Assembly (NCBI GenBank): GCA_963708045.1 | Contig: OY970181.1 | Location: 707,740 to 771,739, forward strand | Reading direction: 5' to 3' | Source of the DNA: an uncultured bacterium | GTDB taxonomy: Bacteria; Patescibacteriota; Patescibacteriia; CAIQCM01 | Length of the DNA: 64,000 nucleotides | Part shown: positions 35,827-45,513 of the stretch, in pieces | Layout of the letters: every line of letters starts with the position of its first letter | Position numbering within the stretch: the stretch's first letter is position 1 | Notes under the pieces: model-generated | The model's database searches: none | The model's input: only the letters and a program-made list of their open reading frames with translations | Told to the model about the DNA's origin: nothing | Made by a program: the position numbers and the translations under genes

Positions 35827-35931
35827 CCGTCATCCCGAAGCGCCGAAGCGATGAGGGAACTCAAAGTCTCTAAACAGGCTCCGTGATTCCTCGTCCTAGG
35901 CAAAGCGACTAAACGGACTCGGAATGACGCC
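35827..35931 (-). repeat. 105-nt structured repeat element (copy 2, inverted orientation)
   Basis: Reverse complement ggcgtcattccgagtccgtttagtcgctttgcctaggacgaggaatcacggagcctgtttagagactttgagttccctcatcgcttcggcgcttcgggatgacgg aligns with copy 1. Confidence 0.8.
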
Positions 35932-35966
35932 ACTGTGACGGATGTTATTTTCGTATTATAACACAA

Positions 35967-37307
35967 TTACTTTAGTGTAAGTGCGACAACTGTTTCAATG
36001 TGTGGCGTTTGCGGGAAGAGATCAAGACAACGAGTTTGTTTAATGTCGTAGACCGCGAGTAATTGTTTAAGGTCGCGAGCTAGGGACACGGGATTACACG
36101 AAACGTAAACCAGTCGCTTGGCTTGGTAAGCCACAAGTTCGGAAAGGGCGGACGGGTGAAGTCCTGGTCTTGGCGGGTCAACAACAATTACGTCTGGCTT
36201 GTCGCGCGAAAGAACAATTGGCAAAATTGATTCGGAAGTGCCGGAAGAAAAAATTACGTTGGCGACTTTGTTTAGCATGGCGTTTTCTCGTGCCGCGGCG
36301 ACGGCGGATTCATCCAACTCCACGCCAATTGTTTCCTTGGCCGTTTTTGCGAGGGCAAGGGTAAGAAAACCCGCGCCGCAATAAAGATCAAGGCAAGTTT
36401 CGGTCTTTTTAACGTCGGCAAATTCACAAACGGTATTTTGCAGTTCAGCGGCCATTGCGCTGTTGGTTTGAAAAAACGAGGCTGGCTGAATTTTGTAAAT
36501 AAGGTCGTTAATTTTTTCTGTTAAAAATGGGTTTCCAAAGAGTGGGCGAATTGTTTTGGGAATGGAAAGATCGGTTATTTCCGGATTAATGCCGTGGATG
36601 ATTGAAGTTGCAAAAGGGGAGAGGTTGTCAATTAATTTTTTTTCCGCCGGCAAAGTTGGGGATTCGGCTGAGGTAATAATCATTACCATTCGTTCGCCAG
36701 TATTTTTTCCTTCGCGGATAACGACGTAACGCAAAAGTCCCTTGCCGCTTTTTTGATCGTATGGCGCGACTTTATTTTTTTTAACATAAGCGCGAATAAC
36801 GTCCAAAATTTTTGGGGCGACTTCCGAAAGCATCAAACAATTTGGAAGATTTAATACTTTATTCCAGTGCTCAGGTTCTTTAAGACCGATTTCGCCATTA
36901 AGGCCAATAACATAATCCATTCGGTTGCGATGATGTAACTGGCTTGTAGCACTTTGCAAATGGCTTATCGTTACGGCAAGACCCTCGGCGGCCATTGCCT
37001 TATTTACTGATTCAAGTTTAAGTTCAGACTGACGATCATACTTAATCATCTGCCATGGACAGCCGCCGCAAACACCGGCGCTTTCACAAGGTGGCGGTAT
37101 GCGATCGGATGAAGGGGAAACGATCTCAAGTATTTTAAGGCGCAGCGCGCCTTTGGTTCGCGAGGTTATTATTCCGCGAACGGTTTCGCCGGGTAGGACG
37201 AAATACGCTAAACCATCGCGTTCGTCAATTTTAAAAAGACCGCGCCCTTTTTCGTCGGTGGCATCAATTTTTACGGTAATTTCATCATTTATCTTCGGGC
37301 GTGACAT
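35967..37307 (-). CDS. rlmD: 23S rRNA (uracil-5)-methyltransferase RlmD/RumA-type (TRAM + Fe-S + SAM MTase)
   Basis: N-terminal TRAM domain, Cys cluster (CESAGVCGGCPWQ), SAM-binding DLYCGAGFLTL, catalytic VVDPPRPG. Confidence 0.85.
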   Translation of the reverse strand: MSRPKINDEITVKIDATDEKGRGLFKIDERDGLAYFVLPGETVRGIITSRTKGALRLKILEIVSPSSDRIPPPCESAGVCGGCPWQMIKYDRQSELKLESVNKAMAAEGLAVTISHLQSATSQLHHRNRMDYVIGLNGEIGLKEPEHWNKVLNLPNCLMLSEVAPKILDVIRAYVKKNKVAPYDQKSGKGLLRYVVIREGKNTGERMVMIITSAESPTLPAEKKLIDNLSPFATSIIHGINPEITDLSIPKTIRPLFGNPFLTEKINDLIYKIQPASFFQTNSAMAAELQNTVCEFADVKKTETCLDLYCGAGFLTLALAKTAKETIGVELDESAVAAARENAMLNKVANVIFSSGTSESILPIVLSRDKPDVIVVDPPRPGLHPSALSELVAYQAKRLVYVSCNPVSLARDLKQLLAVYDIKQTRCLDLFPQTPHIETVVALTLK

Positions 37308-37339
37308 AATTGGCTGTTTTTGGTAATATATTATTCAAT

Positions 37340-38095
37340 ATGGAAAAAGGAAAACCCCTTCTTTCAATCATCATACCAACCTTGGATGAAGAAACAAACC
37401 TGCCGCGGCTTCTTGAAACGATTGCTAAACAAACGTTTCGTGATTTTGAGGTGATTGTCGCAAATTCGCCAAGGTCAGTAGACAAAACAGAAGAAATCGC
37501 GCTTGCCGCCGGTTGCCGCGTAGTAGAGGGCGGGGCGGTGTCGGCCGGACGAAACAACGGCGCTGCCGCGGCTCTGGGTAGCTTTTTTTTGTTTCTTGAC
37601 GCGGACGTGGTTTTACCAAATAATTTTTTTCTTGAAGATACCGCAAACGAATTTGTTGCCCGCGATCTTGATTTGGCGACTTGTCGCATTCGGGCGCTAG
37701 AGAATGGACTTTATGACCGGATGTTTTATGGTGTTTATAATGCGTATACGGTTGTCTTGGAAAAAATTTTGCCGCACATCCCGGGTTTTTGTTTCTTTAT
37801 CAAACGCTCAGTTTATGAAGCGGTCGGCGGCTTTGACGAGGAAATTCGTTTGGCCGAAGATCATGACCTCGCGCGCCGCGGCGCGAAGATCGGAACGTTT
37901 GGTTTTTTGAATACGCAAATAATTCCGGTTTCTAGCCGGCGCTTTGATCGCGATGGTCGGTTTGCGACCGCTGTAAAATATATTCTTTGCGAATTGCATA
38001 TGTTGACGATCGGTCCGGTCAAGTCAAATATTTTTAAATACAATTGGGGGCACGGCGACCACAAGCTAGATGCGTCTGAACTGCATAAAAAATAA
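37340..38095 (+). CDS. Glycosyltransferase family 2
   Basis: LLSIIIPTLDEETNLPRLL, LFLDADVV (DxD), AEDHDLARR. Confidence 0.75.
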   Translation: MEKGKPLLSIIIPTLDEETNLPRLLETIAKQTFRDFEVIVANSPRSVDKTEEIALAAGCRVVEGGAVSAGRNNGAAAALGSFFLFLDADVVLPNNFFLEDTANEFVARDLDLATCRIRALENGLYDRMFYGVYNAYTVVLEKILPHIPGFCFFIKRSVYEAVGGFDEEIRLAEDHDLARRGAKIGTFGFLNTQIIPVSSRRFDRDGRFATAVKYILCELHMLTIGPVKSNIFKYNWGHGDHKLDASELHKK

Positions 38096-38097
38096 AC

Positions 38098-39720
38098 ATG
38101 TTAGGAAAATTTTGGAATAACGAATCAAAGACCATAACTTCTGCCGCCATTCTTTTGGGCGGCGCGTCGCTGGCTTCAAAAGCTTTGGGCGTACTTCGTG
38201 ATCGGACACTTGCTGGTGTTTTTGGCGCCGGCGATACACTTGATGCCTACTATGCGGCCTTTCGTTTGCCGGATATGATTTTTAATTTGCTTGTCGCTGG
38301 CGCTCTTTCGGCTGGCTTTATTCCCGTGATTGCGGAATATTTTTTACGCGATCGCCAAAATAAGACCGGAACAGCTTGGAAATTGACCAACGAAATGATG
38401 AGTGTTCTCGCGGTGTTACTTTTGGTTCTTTCTGGCTTGGCCGCGCTTTTGGCTCCCTACCTTATCCCAATGATCACGCCGGGATTTTCCGGTGCCAAGC
38501 TTGAACTCACGATCCATTTGTCACAGATAATGTTCGTCTCGCCAATTGTGATGGGTATTTCCGCGATTCTTGGTGGTGTCCTTCAGAGCACAAAAAGATT
38601 TTTGTTTTTCGCTGCGGCGCCACTTTTTTATAATGCCGGAATTATTTTTGGTGCGCTTGTTTTTTGCCGGTATTTTGGAACTTATGGTTTGGCAATGGGC
38701 GTTGTTTTGGGCGCTCTTCTCCATCTTATTATTCAATTAGTTCCCGTTCGCAAACTCGGTTGGCGTCCGCGTTTTTCTTTGCCAAGCGACGGGGGAGTTA
38801 AAAGAATCTTTTTGCTTTCCGCGCCGCGCGTGCTTTCGATGGCCGTTTCGCAGATTGATCTCGTCGCCGCGACAATCGTCGCTTCGCTCCTTGCGACCGG
38901 CGCTGTTTCTATCATCAATTTGGCAAGTAATTTGCAAGCGGTGCCGGTTTCGTTTATCGGCATTTCATACGCGGTCGCGGCTTTTCCCGCGCTTTCCCGC
39001 CTTGCGGCTGAAAATAACAAAAGCGAATTCATTAATAATGTGAGCCGAGTTAGTCGGCAAATTTTGTTTTTTGTTGTGCCTTTTGCTGCCTTGTTTTTAT
39101 TACTTCGTGCGCAAACCGTTCGCTTGGTTTTGGGAAGTGGCAATTTTGATTGGAACGATACAATTCGCACCGCCGACGCCTTGGCGTTTTTTTCGCTGTC
39201 CATTCCGGCACAGGCGATCGTTCCGCTGCTTGCCCGTGCCTTTTATTCTTTAAAGGATTCAACAACGCCGCTCCTTGTTGCACTCGTTGCCGTTGGTGCT
39301 GATATTATTGGTAATTTGACTTTGGGACGAATGATGGGCGTAGCTGGTTTGGCGCTCTCGTTTACAATTTCATCATATATCTACGCAATGTTGCTTTGGG
39401 TAATGTTGCGGTTAAAACTGGGGACGCTTTTAGAAAGTCAGGTTGTTAAATCGCTTGCCAAGATAACGGTTGCTGTTGCCCCGATGGCACTCGTTGTTCA
39501 ACTTGTTAAAACGGCAATTGGCGGGTTTGTTAATATGCAAACGTTTGTTGGTGTTGCGATCCAGTTTGTTATTGCCGGCGGCGCAGGGATTATTGTTTAC
39601 TGTGGCGTCGCTGCTTTGGTTAAGTCTGATGAAGCTAATTCGTTATTAATGTCGCTCCGGCGGCGGATGGGTTTTAAAGACTTGCCGCTTATGGAAGCCG
39701 ATGAAGTGGTGGAAGTATGA
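38098..39720 (+). CDS. murJ: Lipid II flippase MurJ (MviN)
   Basis: ASKALGVLRDRTLAGVFGAGDTLDAYYAAFRLPDMIFNLLVAGALSAGFIPV matches MurJ N-terminus; 14 TM. Confidence 0.85.
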   Translation: MLGKFWNNESKTITSAAILLGGASLASKALGVLRDRTLAGVFGAGDTLDAYYAAFRLPDMIFNLLVAGALSAGFIPVIAEYFLRDRQNKTGTAWKLTNEMMSVLAVLLLVLSGLAALLAPYLIPMITPGFSGAKLELTIHLSQIMFVSPIVMGISAILGGVLQSTKRFLFFAAAPLFYNAGIIFGALVFCRYFGTYGLAMGVVLGALLHLIIQLVPVRKLGWRPRFSLPSDGGVKRIFLLSAPRVLSMAVSQIDLVAATIVASLLATGAVSIINLASNLQAVPVSFIGISYAVAAFPALSRLAAENNKSEFINNVSRVSRQILFFVVPFAALFLLLRAQTVRLVLGSGNFDWNDTIRTADALAFFSLSIPAQAIVPLLARAFYSLKDSTTPLLVALVAVGADIIGNLTLGRMMGVAGLALSFTISSYIYAMLLWVMLRLKLGTLLESQVVKSLAKITVAVAPMALVVQLVKTAIGGFVNMQTFVGVAIQFVIAGGAGIIVYCGVAALVKSDEANSLLMSLRRRMGFKDLPLMEADEVVEV

Positions 39721-39789
39721 AACATGAACCATGTACCATGAACCATCCGTTTGGTACATGGTACATGGTTAATGGTTCATGTAAAAAAT
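39721..39789. repeat. Intergenic heptamer-unit inverted repeat, family 1
   Basis: aaacatgaaccatgtaccatgaaccatccgtttggtacatggtacatggttaatggttcatg. Confidence 0.8.
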
Positions 39790-41571
39790 ATGGATGAAAA
39801 AAAGATTAGAAATTTTGTTATCACTGCCCACATTGATCATGGCAAGTCCACGCTTTCCGATCGGCTTTTGGAAATAACCGGAACGGTGGCAATGCGCGAA
39901 ATGAAGGCGCAAATTTTGGATGCGATGGATTTGGAGCGCGAGCGGGGAATTACGATCAAGCTCGCGCCGGCACGAATGAATTGGAAAGGTAACGAATTGA
40001 ATTTGATTGATACGCCGGGACACGTAGATTTTACTTATGAAGTTTCGCGTTCGCTCTCGTCGGTTGAGGGCGCGGTTTTGCTCGTTGACGCGACGCAAGG
40101 CGTTCAGGCGCAAACGATCGCCAATTTGTATTTGGCACTTGAACAGAATTTAAAAATAATTCCTGTTGTCAATAAAATTGATTTGCCAGCGGCCGAGCCC
40201 GAAGAAACGCGCGACGAACTCGTAAAACTTTTGGGTTGTCTACCAGAAGAAGTTTTGTTTGTTTCGGGAAAGTCGGGCAAAGGCGTGCCTGAGCTTTTGG
40301 ATGCCCTCGTGGAGCGTCTACCAATGCCAATGGGAAATCCGGATGCGCCTCTCCGTGCGCTTATTTTTGATTCATTCTATGACGAGTATAAGGGTGTCGT
40401 TGCGTACATTCGCATTGTGGACGGTGCTCTCCAGACCAAAGATCGCGTTCGTTTTATGGCAACCGGTTTTAAGTCGGAAGCTTTGGAGGTTGGGGTAATG
40501 CAACCAAAAATGAAAGAAACTGGTCGGCTCACTGCTGGCGAGATTGGTTATATTGTTACCGGCGAAAAAGATATTTCCGGCATTCGCGTCGGCGATACGG
40601 TCACGCTTATTGACGCGCACCCCGAAGCGCTTCCAGGTTATCGCGAAGTTAGACCGATGGTTTTTGCGGGAATTTTTGCCAAAGAAGGTTCGAGCTATGA
40701 ACGCTTGCGCGAAGCGATGCTTAAATTAAAACTTTCCGATGCTTCGCTTATTTTTGAACCAGAACAATCAACGGCGCTTGGTTTTGGTTTTCGCGTTGGC
40801 TTTCTTGGTTTGTTGCATTTGGAAATTATTCAAGAACGTTTGCGGCGCGAATATGGCTTGGACTTAATCGTGACCGCGCCGTCGGTTGCGTATCGTGTGA
40901 CCAAAACCGATGGCAAAGAACTTATTGCCAAGTCGCCGCAGGATTTGCCCGATGCTACATATCTTGAAGGCGTGGCCGAGCCGTGGGTAAAACTCGCTGT
41001 CATCTGCCGCGAAACTGACATTGGCGGCGTCCTTGGCCTTGTTGCCGACAAGCGCGGAGTTTATAAAAATACCGAATATCTTGGCGAAGAACACAAGCGG
41101 GTGATTATTTCCGCCGAACTGCCACTGTCCGCGATTGTTATTGATTTTTACGACAAGCTTAAATCAGTCAGCTCGGGCTATGCGTCAATGTCGTACGAAT
41201 TTTGCGATTATCGGCCGGCAGACGTTGTCAGAATGAATATTTTGGTTGCCGAAGAACCGGTTGAAGCGTTGGCGTCGCTTGTTTACCGCAATGAAGCTCA
41301 ACGGGTTGGCCGCAAGATTGTGGAAACACTTAAAGAGTCAATTCCGCGCCAAATGTTTGAAGTGAAAATTCAGGCCGCGATTGGTGGCAAGGTTGTCGCT
41401 TCGGAGCGAATTCCCGCAATGCGCAAGGATATGCTCGCCAAAATGAGCGGGGGAGACGTAACTCGTAAAATGAAACTTTTAAAGAAACAGAAAGAAGGTA
41501 AAAAGAAAATGAAAGCCGCCGGCCACGTTGACCTCCCGCCCGAAACTTATTTGGCGGTGTTGAAGAGGTAG
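39790..41571 (+). CDS. lepA: Elongation factor 4 (LepA)
   Basis: IRNFVITAHIDHGKSTLSDRLL, DTPGHVDF, NKIDLP, LepA-specific C-terminal domain. Confidence 0.95.
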   Translation: MDEKKIRNFVITAHIDHGKSTLSDRLLEITGTVAMREMKAQILDAMDLERERGITIKLAPARMNWKGNELNLIDTPGHVDFTYEVSRSLSSVEGAVLLVDATQGVQAQTIANLYLALEQNLKIIPVVNKIDLPAAEPEETRDELVKLLGCLPEEVLFVSGKSGKGVPELLDALVERLPMPMGNPDAPLRALIFDSFYDEYKGVVAYIRIVDGALQTKDRVRFMATGFKSEALEVGVMQPKMKETGRLTAGEIGYIVTGEKDISGIRVGDTVTLIDAHPEALPGYREVRPMVFAGIFAKEGSSYERLREAMLKLKLSDASLIFEPEQSTALGFGFRVGFLGLLHLEIIQERLRREYGLDLIVTAPSVAYRVTKTDGKELIAKSPQDLPDATYLEGVAEPWVKLAVICRETDIGGVLGLVADKRGVYKNTEYLGEEHKRVIISAELPLSAIVIDFYDKLKSVSSGYASMSYEFCDYRPADVVRMNILVAEEPVEALASLVYRNEAQRVGRKIVETLKESIPRQMFEVKIQAAIGGKVVASERIPAMRKDMLAKMSGGDVTRKMKLLKKQKEGKKKMKAAGHVDLPPETYLAVLKR

Positions 41572-41718
41572 TGCCTTGTCGGGGTCGCGAGAAAGGGCTA
41601 TGATAATGCCTTATGAAATTTAAACGACGAGTTTTATTTAAAATAGTTTGGTTGGTGATTGCTTTCCTTACTATTTTATCAATGGTCGCGTTCTCAATTG
41701 GAATAGGATAATAGTAAT

Positions 41719-43440
41719 ATGACAAAGCAGTGGCTCGTCGCCGAACCTTATCCAGCTGATTTTGGGAAAAATTTTTCCCATCTTTCTCCGGTTACGCTCC
41801 AATTGCTTTGGAATCGGGGCATGCGTGAAGAGAAAGAGATTGACGAATTTTTAGTCGCCGATTATGGGCGGCATATTTACGACCCGTTTTTATTCCGCGA
41901 TATGAAGACGGCAGTCGCGCGGATTTTTTCGGCGATTGATAAAAAAGAAAATATTTGCGTTTTTGGCGATTTTGACGCCGATGGCGTGGACGCGTCAATA
42001 ATTTTATGCACGACGCTCAGACTTTATGGCGTTAATCCGCGCGTTTATATTCCGCATCGCGAAACCGAAGGCTATGGGTTAAATGCCGGAGCGGTGGAAT
42101 ATCTTGCGAAAGAGGGCGACAATTTGATTATCACTTGCGATTGCGGAATTTCTAATGCCGCTGAAATTGCGATTGCCGTGGAAAAAGGGATGGACGTGAT
42201 CGTGACCGACCATCACGCCGAGCCAAAAGTTTTGCCTGACAAAGCGATTGCCTTAATTCATCCAAAACTCGCGCACGAAAATTATCCTTGCAAAAATCTT
42301 TCCGGCGGCGCCGTTGCTTTTAAAGTGGCGCAGGCGCTGCTTCGGACGCGTTCACCGCTTACGCCGGCGCAAACAGAAAATTTCATCAAGCGCCTAACCG
42401 AACTCGCGGCGATTTCGCTTGTTGCTGACATGGTGCCCTTGCTTGGTGAAGCGCGGACAATTACCAAGTACGGACTGATTGTTTTAAACAAAACAACGCG
42501 GCTTGGATTAAAAAAATTATTTGAAGCCGCCGGTGTCGTGCCTGGGCGGATTGACTCGCGCACAATCGGTTTTCAGATCGCGCCACGGATTAATGCCGCC
42601 GGACGGATGGATCACGCTAATGCCGCCTTTGCACTCTTGGACGCGAGCGACGACGAATCAGCAGTGCGCTTCGCAATTAATTTGAACGCGGCAAACGACG
42701 AGCGGCGCAAAGCAACGGAAACGCTTGTTGCTGAAGCGCGGGAAGAAATAATTAAAACCAACCAAGAAGAAGCGCCAGTCATCATTGTTTATAATGAGCG
42801 TTGGCCAATCGGACTGCTCGGTCTTGCTGCCGGTGAAATCGTTAAGGAATATAATCGACCGGCCTTTGTTTTTTCAAAAAAAACCAACGACGAAATGGTC
42901 GGCTCGGCGCGTTCTATTCCGGCGGTAAATGTAATTTTGGCAATGCAAAAAATGCCCGACGCCTTTTTGCGTTTTGGCGGACACCCGGGCGCGGCTGGAA
43001 TGAGTATTGTCCCAAACAAGTTTGATGAATTTAAAGAACGTTTTGCGGCCATTGTAAAAACCGAACTCAATGGAAAAGATTTAACGCCGTCAATAAATAT
43101 AGATGCTGAGCTTACGATTGCCGATATAAACTGGGATATTTTTGGTGATATTGAAAGATTCGCACCTTATGGAATGGGAAACAGGAAGCCATGTTTTTTG
43201 GCTCGTAATCTAACGGTTGTTTCGGCCGAGGCGATTGGCAAAGACGGCAAGCATCTGCGACTTTTGGTTTGTGCCGCGGGCGGCGAACGACGGAAGTGTA
43301 TTGCTTTTAGTTTTGGCGACCTTTCGGCCGAATTAAAAAGTGGGGATAAAGTTGATGTCGTTTTTGAATTGGAAAATAATGAATGGAACGGTCGCAACGA
43401 ATTGCAATTGAATATAACGGATTTGACGATTGTTAAATGA
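41719..43440 (+). CDS. recJ: Single-stranded-DNA-specific exonuclease RecJ
   Basis: DHH motifs (VFGDFDADGV, ITDHH), DHHA1 domain, C-terminal OB fold. Confidence 0.9.
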   Translation: MTKQWLVAEPYPADFGKNFSHLSPVTLQLLWNRGMREEKEIDEFLVADYGRHIYDPFLFRDMKTAVARIFSAIDKKENICVFGDFDADGVDASIILCTTLRLYGVNPRVYIPHRETEGYGLNAGAVEYLAKEGDNLIITCDCGISNAAEIAIAVEKGMDVIVTDHHAEPKVLPDKAIALIHPKLAHENYPCKNLSGGAVAFKVAQALLRTRSPLTPAQTENFIKRLTELAAISLVADMVPLLGEARTITKYGLIVLNKTTRLGLKKLFEAAGVVPGRIDSRTIGFQIAPRINAAGRMDHANAAFALLDASDDESAVRFAINLNAANDERRKATETLVAEAREEIIKTNQEEAPVIIVYNERWPIGLLGLAAGEIVKEYNRPAFVFSKKTNDEMVGSARSIPAVNVILAMQKMPDAFLRFGGHPGAAGMSIVPNKFDEFKERFAAIVKTELNGKDLTPSINIDAELTIADINWDIFGDIERFAPYGMGNRKPCFLARNLTVVSAEAIGKDGKHLRLLVCAAGGERRKCIAFSFGDLSAELKSGDKVDVVFELENNEWNGRNELQLNITDLTIVK

Positions 43441-43520
43441 AACATGGAATCATGTACCACACACCATGAACCATGTACCATACGCAAAATGGTTTATGGT
43501 GCGTGGTATATGGTCCATTT
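43441..43520. repeat. Intergenic heptamer-unit inverted repeat, family 1
   Basis: aaacatggaatcatgtaccacacaccatgaaccatgtaccatacgcaaaatggtttatggtgcgtggtatatggtccat. Confidence 0.8.
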
Positions 43521-43528
43521 AATAAAAT

Positions 43529-43942
43529 ATGCCTAAAATCCTAACAATTTTTACAGACGGTGGCGCGCGCGGTAACCCTGGACCGGCTGGAATTGGCGTG
43601 GTTATAAAAAATGATTATGAAGTTGTTGAATCTTTTGGCCACTATATTGGCGAAACTACAAATAATCAGGCGGAATACAAAGCGCTGATTGCTGCGCTAG
43701 AACGCGCTTCCGCTCTTCGCGCCGAAGAGGTACAATGTAAGCTAGATTCCGAATTGGTTGTAAAACAAATGCGCCGCGAATATAAAGTGCGCGAACCTGG
43801 GCTCCAAAAGTTATTTCTTGAAGCTTGGAATCTGTCGCTCGCCTTCAAAAAAATTACTTTTTCCCATATTCCTCGCGAACAAAATAGCGAAGCTGACGCC
43901 GAAGTCAATAAGGCGATAGATGAACACGTGGGAAAAGCTTAA
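43529..43942 (+). CDS. rnhA: Ribonuclease HI
   Basis: TDGGARGNPGPAGIGVV, NNQAEYKALIAALE, C-terminal D residue pattern. Confidence 0.85.
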   Translation: MPKILTIFTDGGARGNPGPAGIGVVIKNDYEVVESFGHYIGETTNNQAEYKALIAALERASALRAEEVQCKLDSELVVKQMRREYKVREPGLQKLFLEAWNLSLAFKKITFSHIPREQNSEADAEVNKAIDEHVGKA

Positions 43943-43993
43943 TCTATTTTGTGTATCGCTAGACTTGGTTTTGGACAAACGTTTAGATATTTT

Positions 43994-45490
43994 ATGAAGT
44001 CATTTTTTTATAAATTAGCAGGTATTACAACGATTGTTGCTTTTTTATTGCAACCGTTTGTAACCAAGGCGAGTTCTACGGACTGGTTTAAGGGCTGGGT
44101 TTGGTCGCCGAATATTGGTTGGGTTTCGTTAAACGCGATCAATACCGCGGCGGGGACTGATTTTGGCCTAACCATTAATCCGTCTAGCGGATACAGTCTA
44201 ACGGGCTGGGCATGGTCGGAAAATGTTGGCTGGATTTGTTTTGGAAGCACTTGTGTTAATGCGTCAAATAGTGCGCTTTGTCCGGCAAGTTGGTTGTCAT
44301 TTCTAGGTACGGCGACACCAAACGCGGCAATGAACCGGGCAGTTACTCCCTACGAGCTCACTGGTTGGGCGCGACTGTCGTCGCAAGATTTTTCAACAAA
44401 TTCGTCGCTCACAACCGCCGAACGGTGTAATCAGGGGTGGATATCGTTAAATTGTTCAAATAAAGCGAGTTGTGGGTCGCATGGCTATAACGTCAATGTA
44501 TATTCCTCAAACGGTTATTCGCTAAATGGTTATGCTTGGAGTTCAACAACTCCCGCTAACTACGGTGGGCTTGGTTGGATCAGGTTTGATCCAAATTACA
44601 GCGTTGACGAATATCAAAACCCTGAAACATATCAAGGAACAAAAGCCGGCGTGCCGTGGTTGCAGGTTGTTTACGGGAGCTTATATTCAAAGGGCGACGT
44701 AAAAACTTTTACGCCTTTTGCACAAACGTTTGGCGGAGCAAACGTGGCTTATTGTATTGATACCGGTGTTGGCGCGACGGTTTCTAATACTAACAATGGT
44801 GTTTGTACCGCTGCTGCTGGAACGGGGAACATTAACGCCGAACAAACGGTAAACGTAAATATTCCAACCGCGGCAACGCACTACTCTAATCTTTTTGGCA
44901 GAATTGATTTTGCTGGCATTCATGCCGGAACTTATGGAACGGTAAATAATTTAACGTCGGCGGCAAATATTACCAATCAACTAACGTCGGTTCTTGGTGG
45001 AAATATTTACGAAACACCAAATGGAACAACAACCTACACAATGTCGGCGAAAACCTTTAATAATGCTAGTGCTGGGCAAAATGGTTCCGGTCTTATAATT
45101 GTTCATGGGAATCTTAATATTACTGGGGATATCTCCTATCAGCTTGGTACGATTACCAAACTTTCTCAATTGGCTAGTTTGGGAATTGTTGTTCTTGATG
45201 ATGGGTCGGGTAATTATGGAAACGTGACGATTAGCCCGTCGGTTAAAACGGTCTCGGCAAATATTTTTGCGGAAGGTAAAATTTCAACCGGCACAACTGG
45301 AGTTGCTAAAAACGACGTCGCGCTAACGATTAACGGCGTCACTGTTGCTAAACAATATAATTTACAGCGGCTTTATGCCGGTTCGCCGTCGCAAGGATCG
45401 GAAAAAATTGTCTACGATGGACGGGTTATTGCCAACACGCCGCCGGGAATGAGCGACATTATTAAATCACTTCCCGTTATCAGCAATTAA
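43994..45490 (+). CDS. Secreted repeat-containing protein (GW-x-WS-x-N-x-GW motif repeats; Ser/Thr/Asn/Gly-rich), adjacent to pilus locus
   Basis: Signal peptide MKSFFYKLAGITTIVAFLLQPFVTKA; repeats FKGWVWSPNIGWVSL / LTGWAWSENVGWICF / NQGWISLNC / LGWIRFDP. Confidence 0.55.
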   Translation: MKSFFYKLAGITTIVAFLLQPFVTKASSTDWFKGWVWSPNIGWVSLNAINTAAGTDFGLTINPSSGYSLTGWAWSENVGWICFGSTCVNASNSALCPASWLSFLGTATPNAAMNRAVTPYELTGWARLSSQDFSTNSSLTTAERCNQGWISLNCSNKASCGSHGYNVNVYSSNGYSLNGYAWSSTTPANYGGLGWIRFDPNYSVDEYQNPETYQGTKAGVPWLQVVYGSLYSKGDVKTFTPFAQTFGGANVAYCIDTGVGATVSNTNNGVCTAAAGTGNINAEQTVNVNIPTAATHYSNLFGRIDFAGIHAGTYGTVNNLTSAANITNQLTSVLGGNIYETPNGTTTYTMSAKTFNNASAGQNGSGLIIVHGNLNITGDISYQLGTITKLSQLASLGIVVLDDGSGNYGNVTISPSVKTVSANIFAEGKISTGTTGVAKNDVALTINGVTVAKQYNLQRLYAGSPSQGSEKIVYDGRVIANTPPGMSDIIKSLPVISN

Positions 45491-45513
45491 TTGTGCTATA
45501 ATAAAAGTATTGT

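Noticed and set aside
35697-35966. 89-aa minus-strand ORF
   Set aside because: It is a translation of the 105-nt structured repeat element plus spacer, not a gene.
38733-39203. 156-aa minus-strand ORF
   Set aside because: Antisense within murJ.
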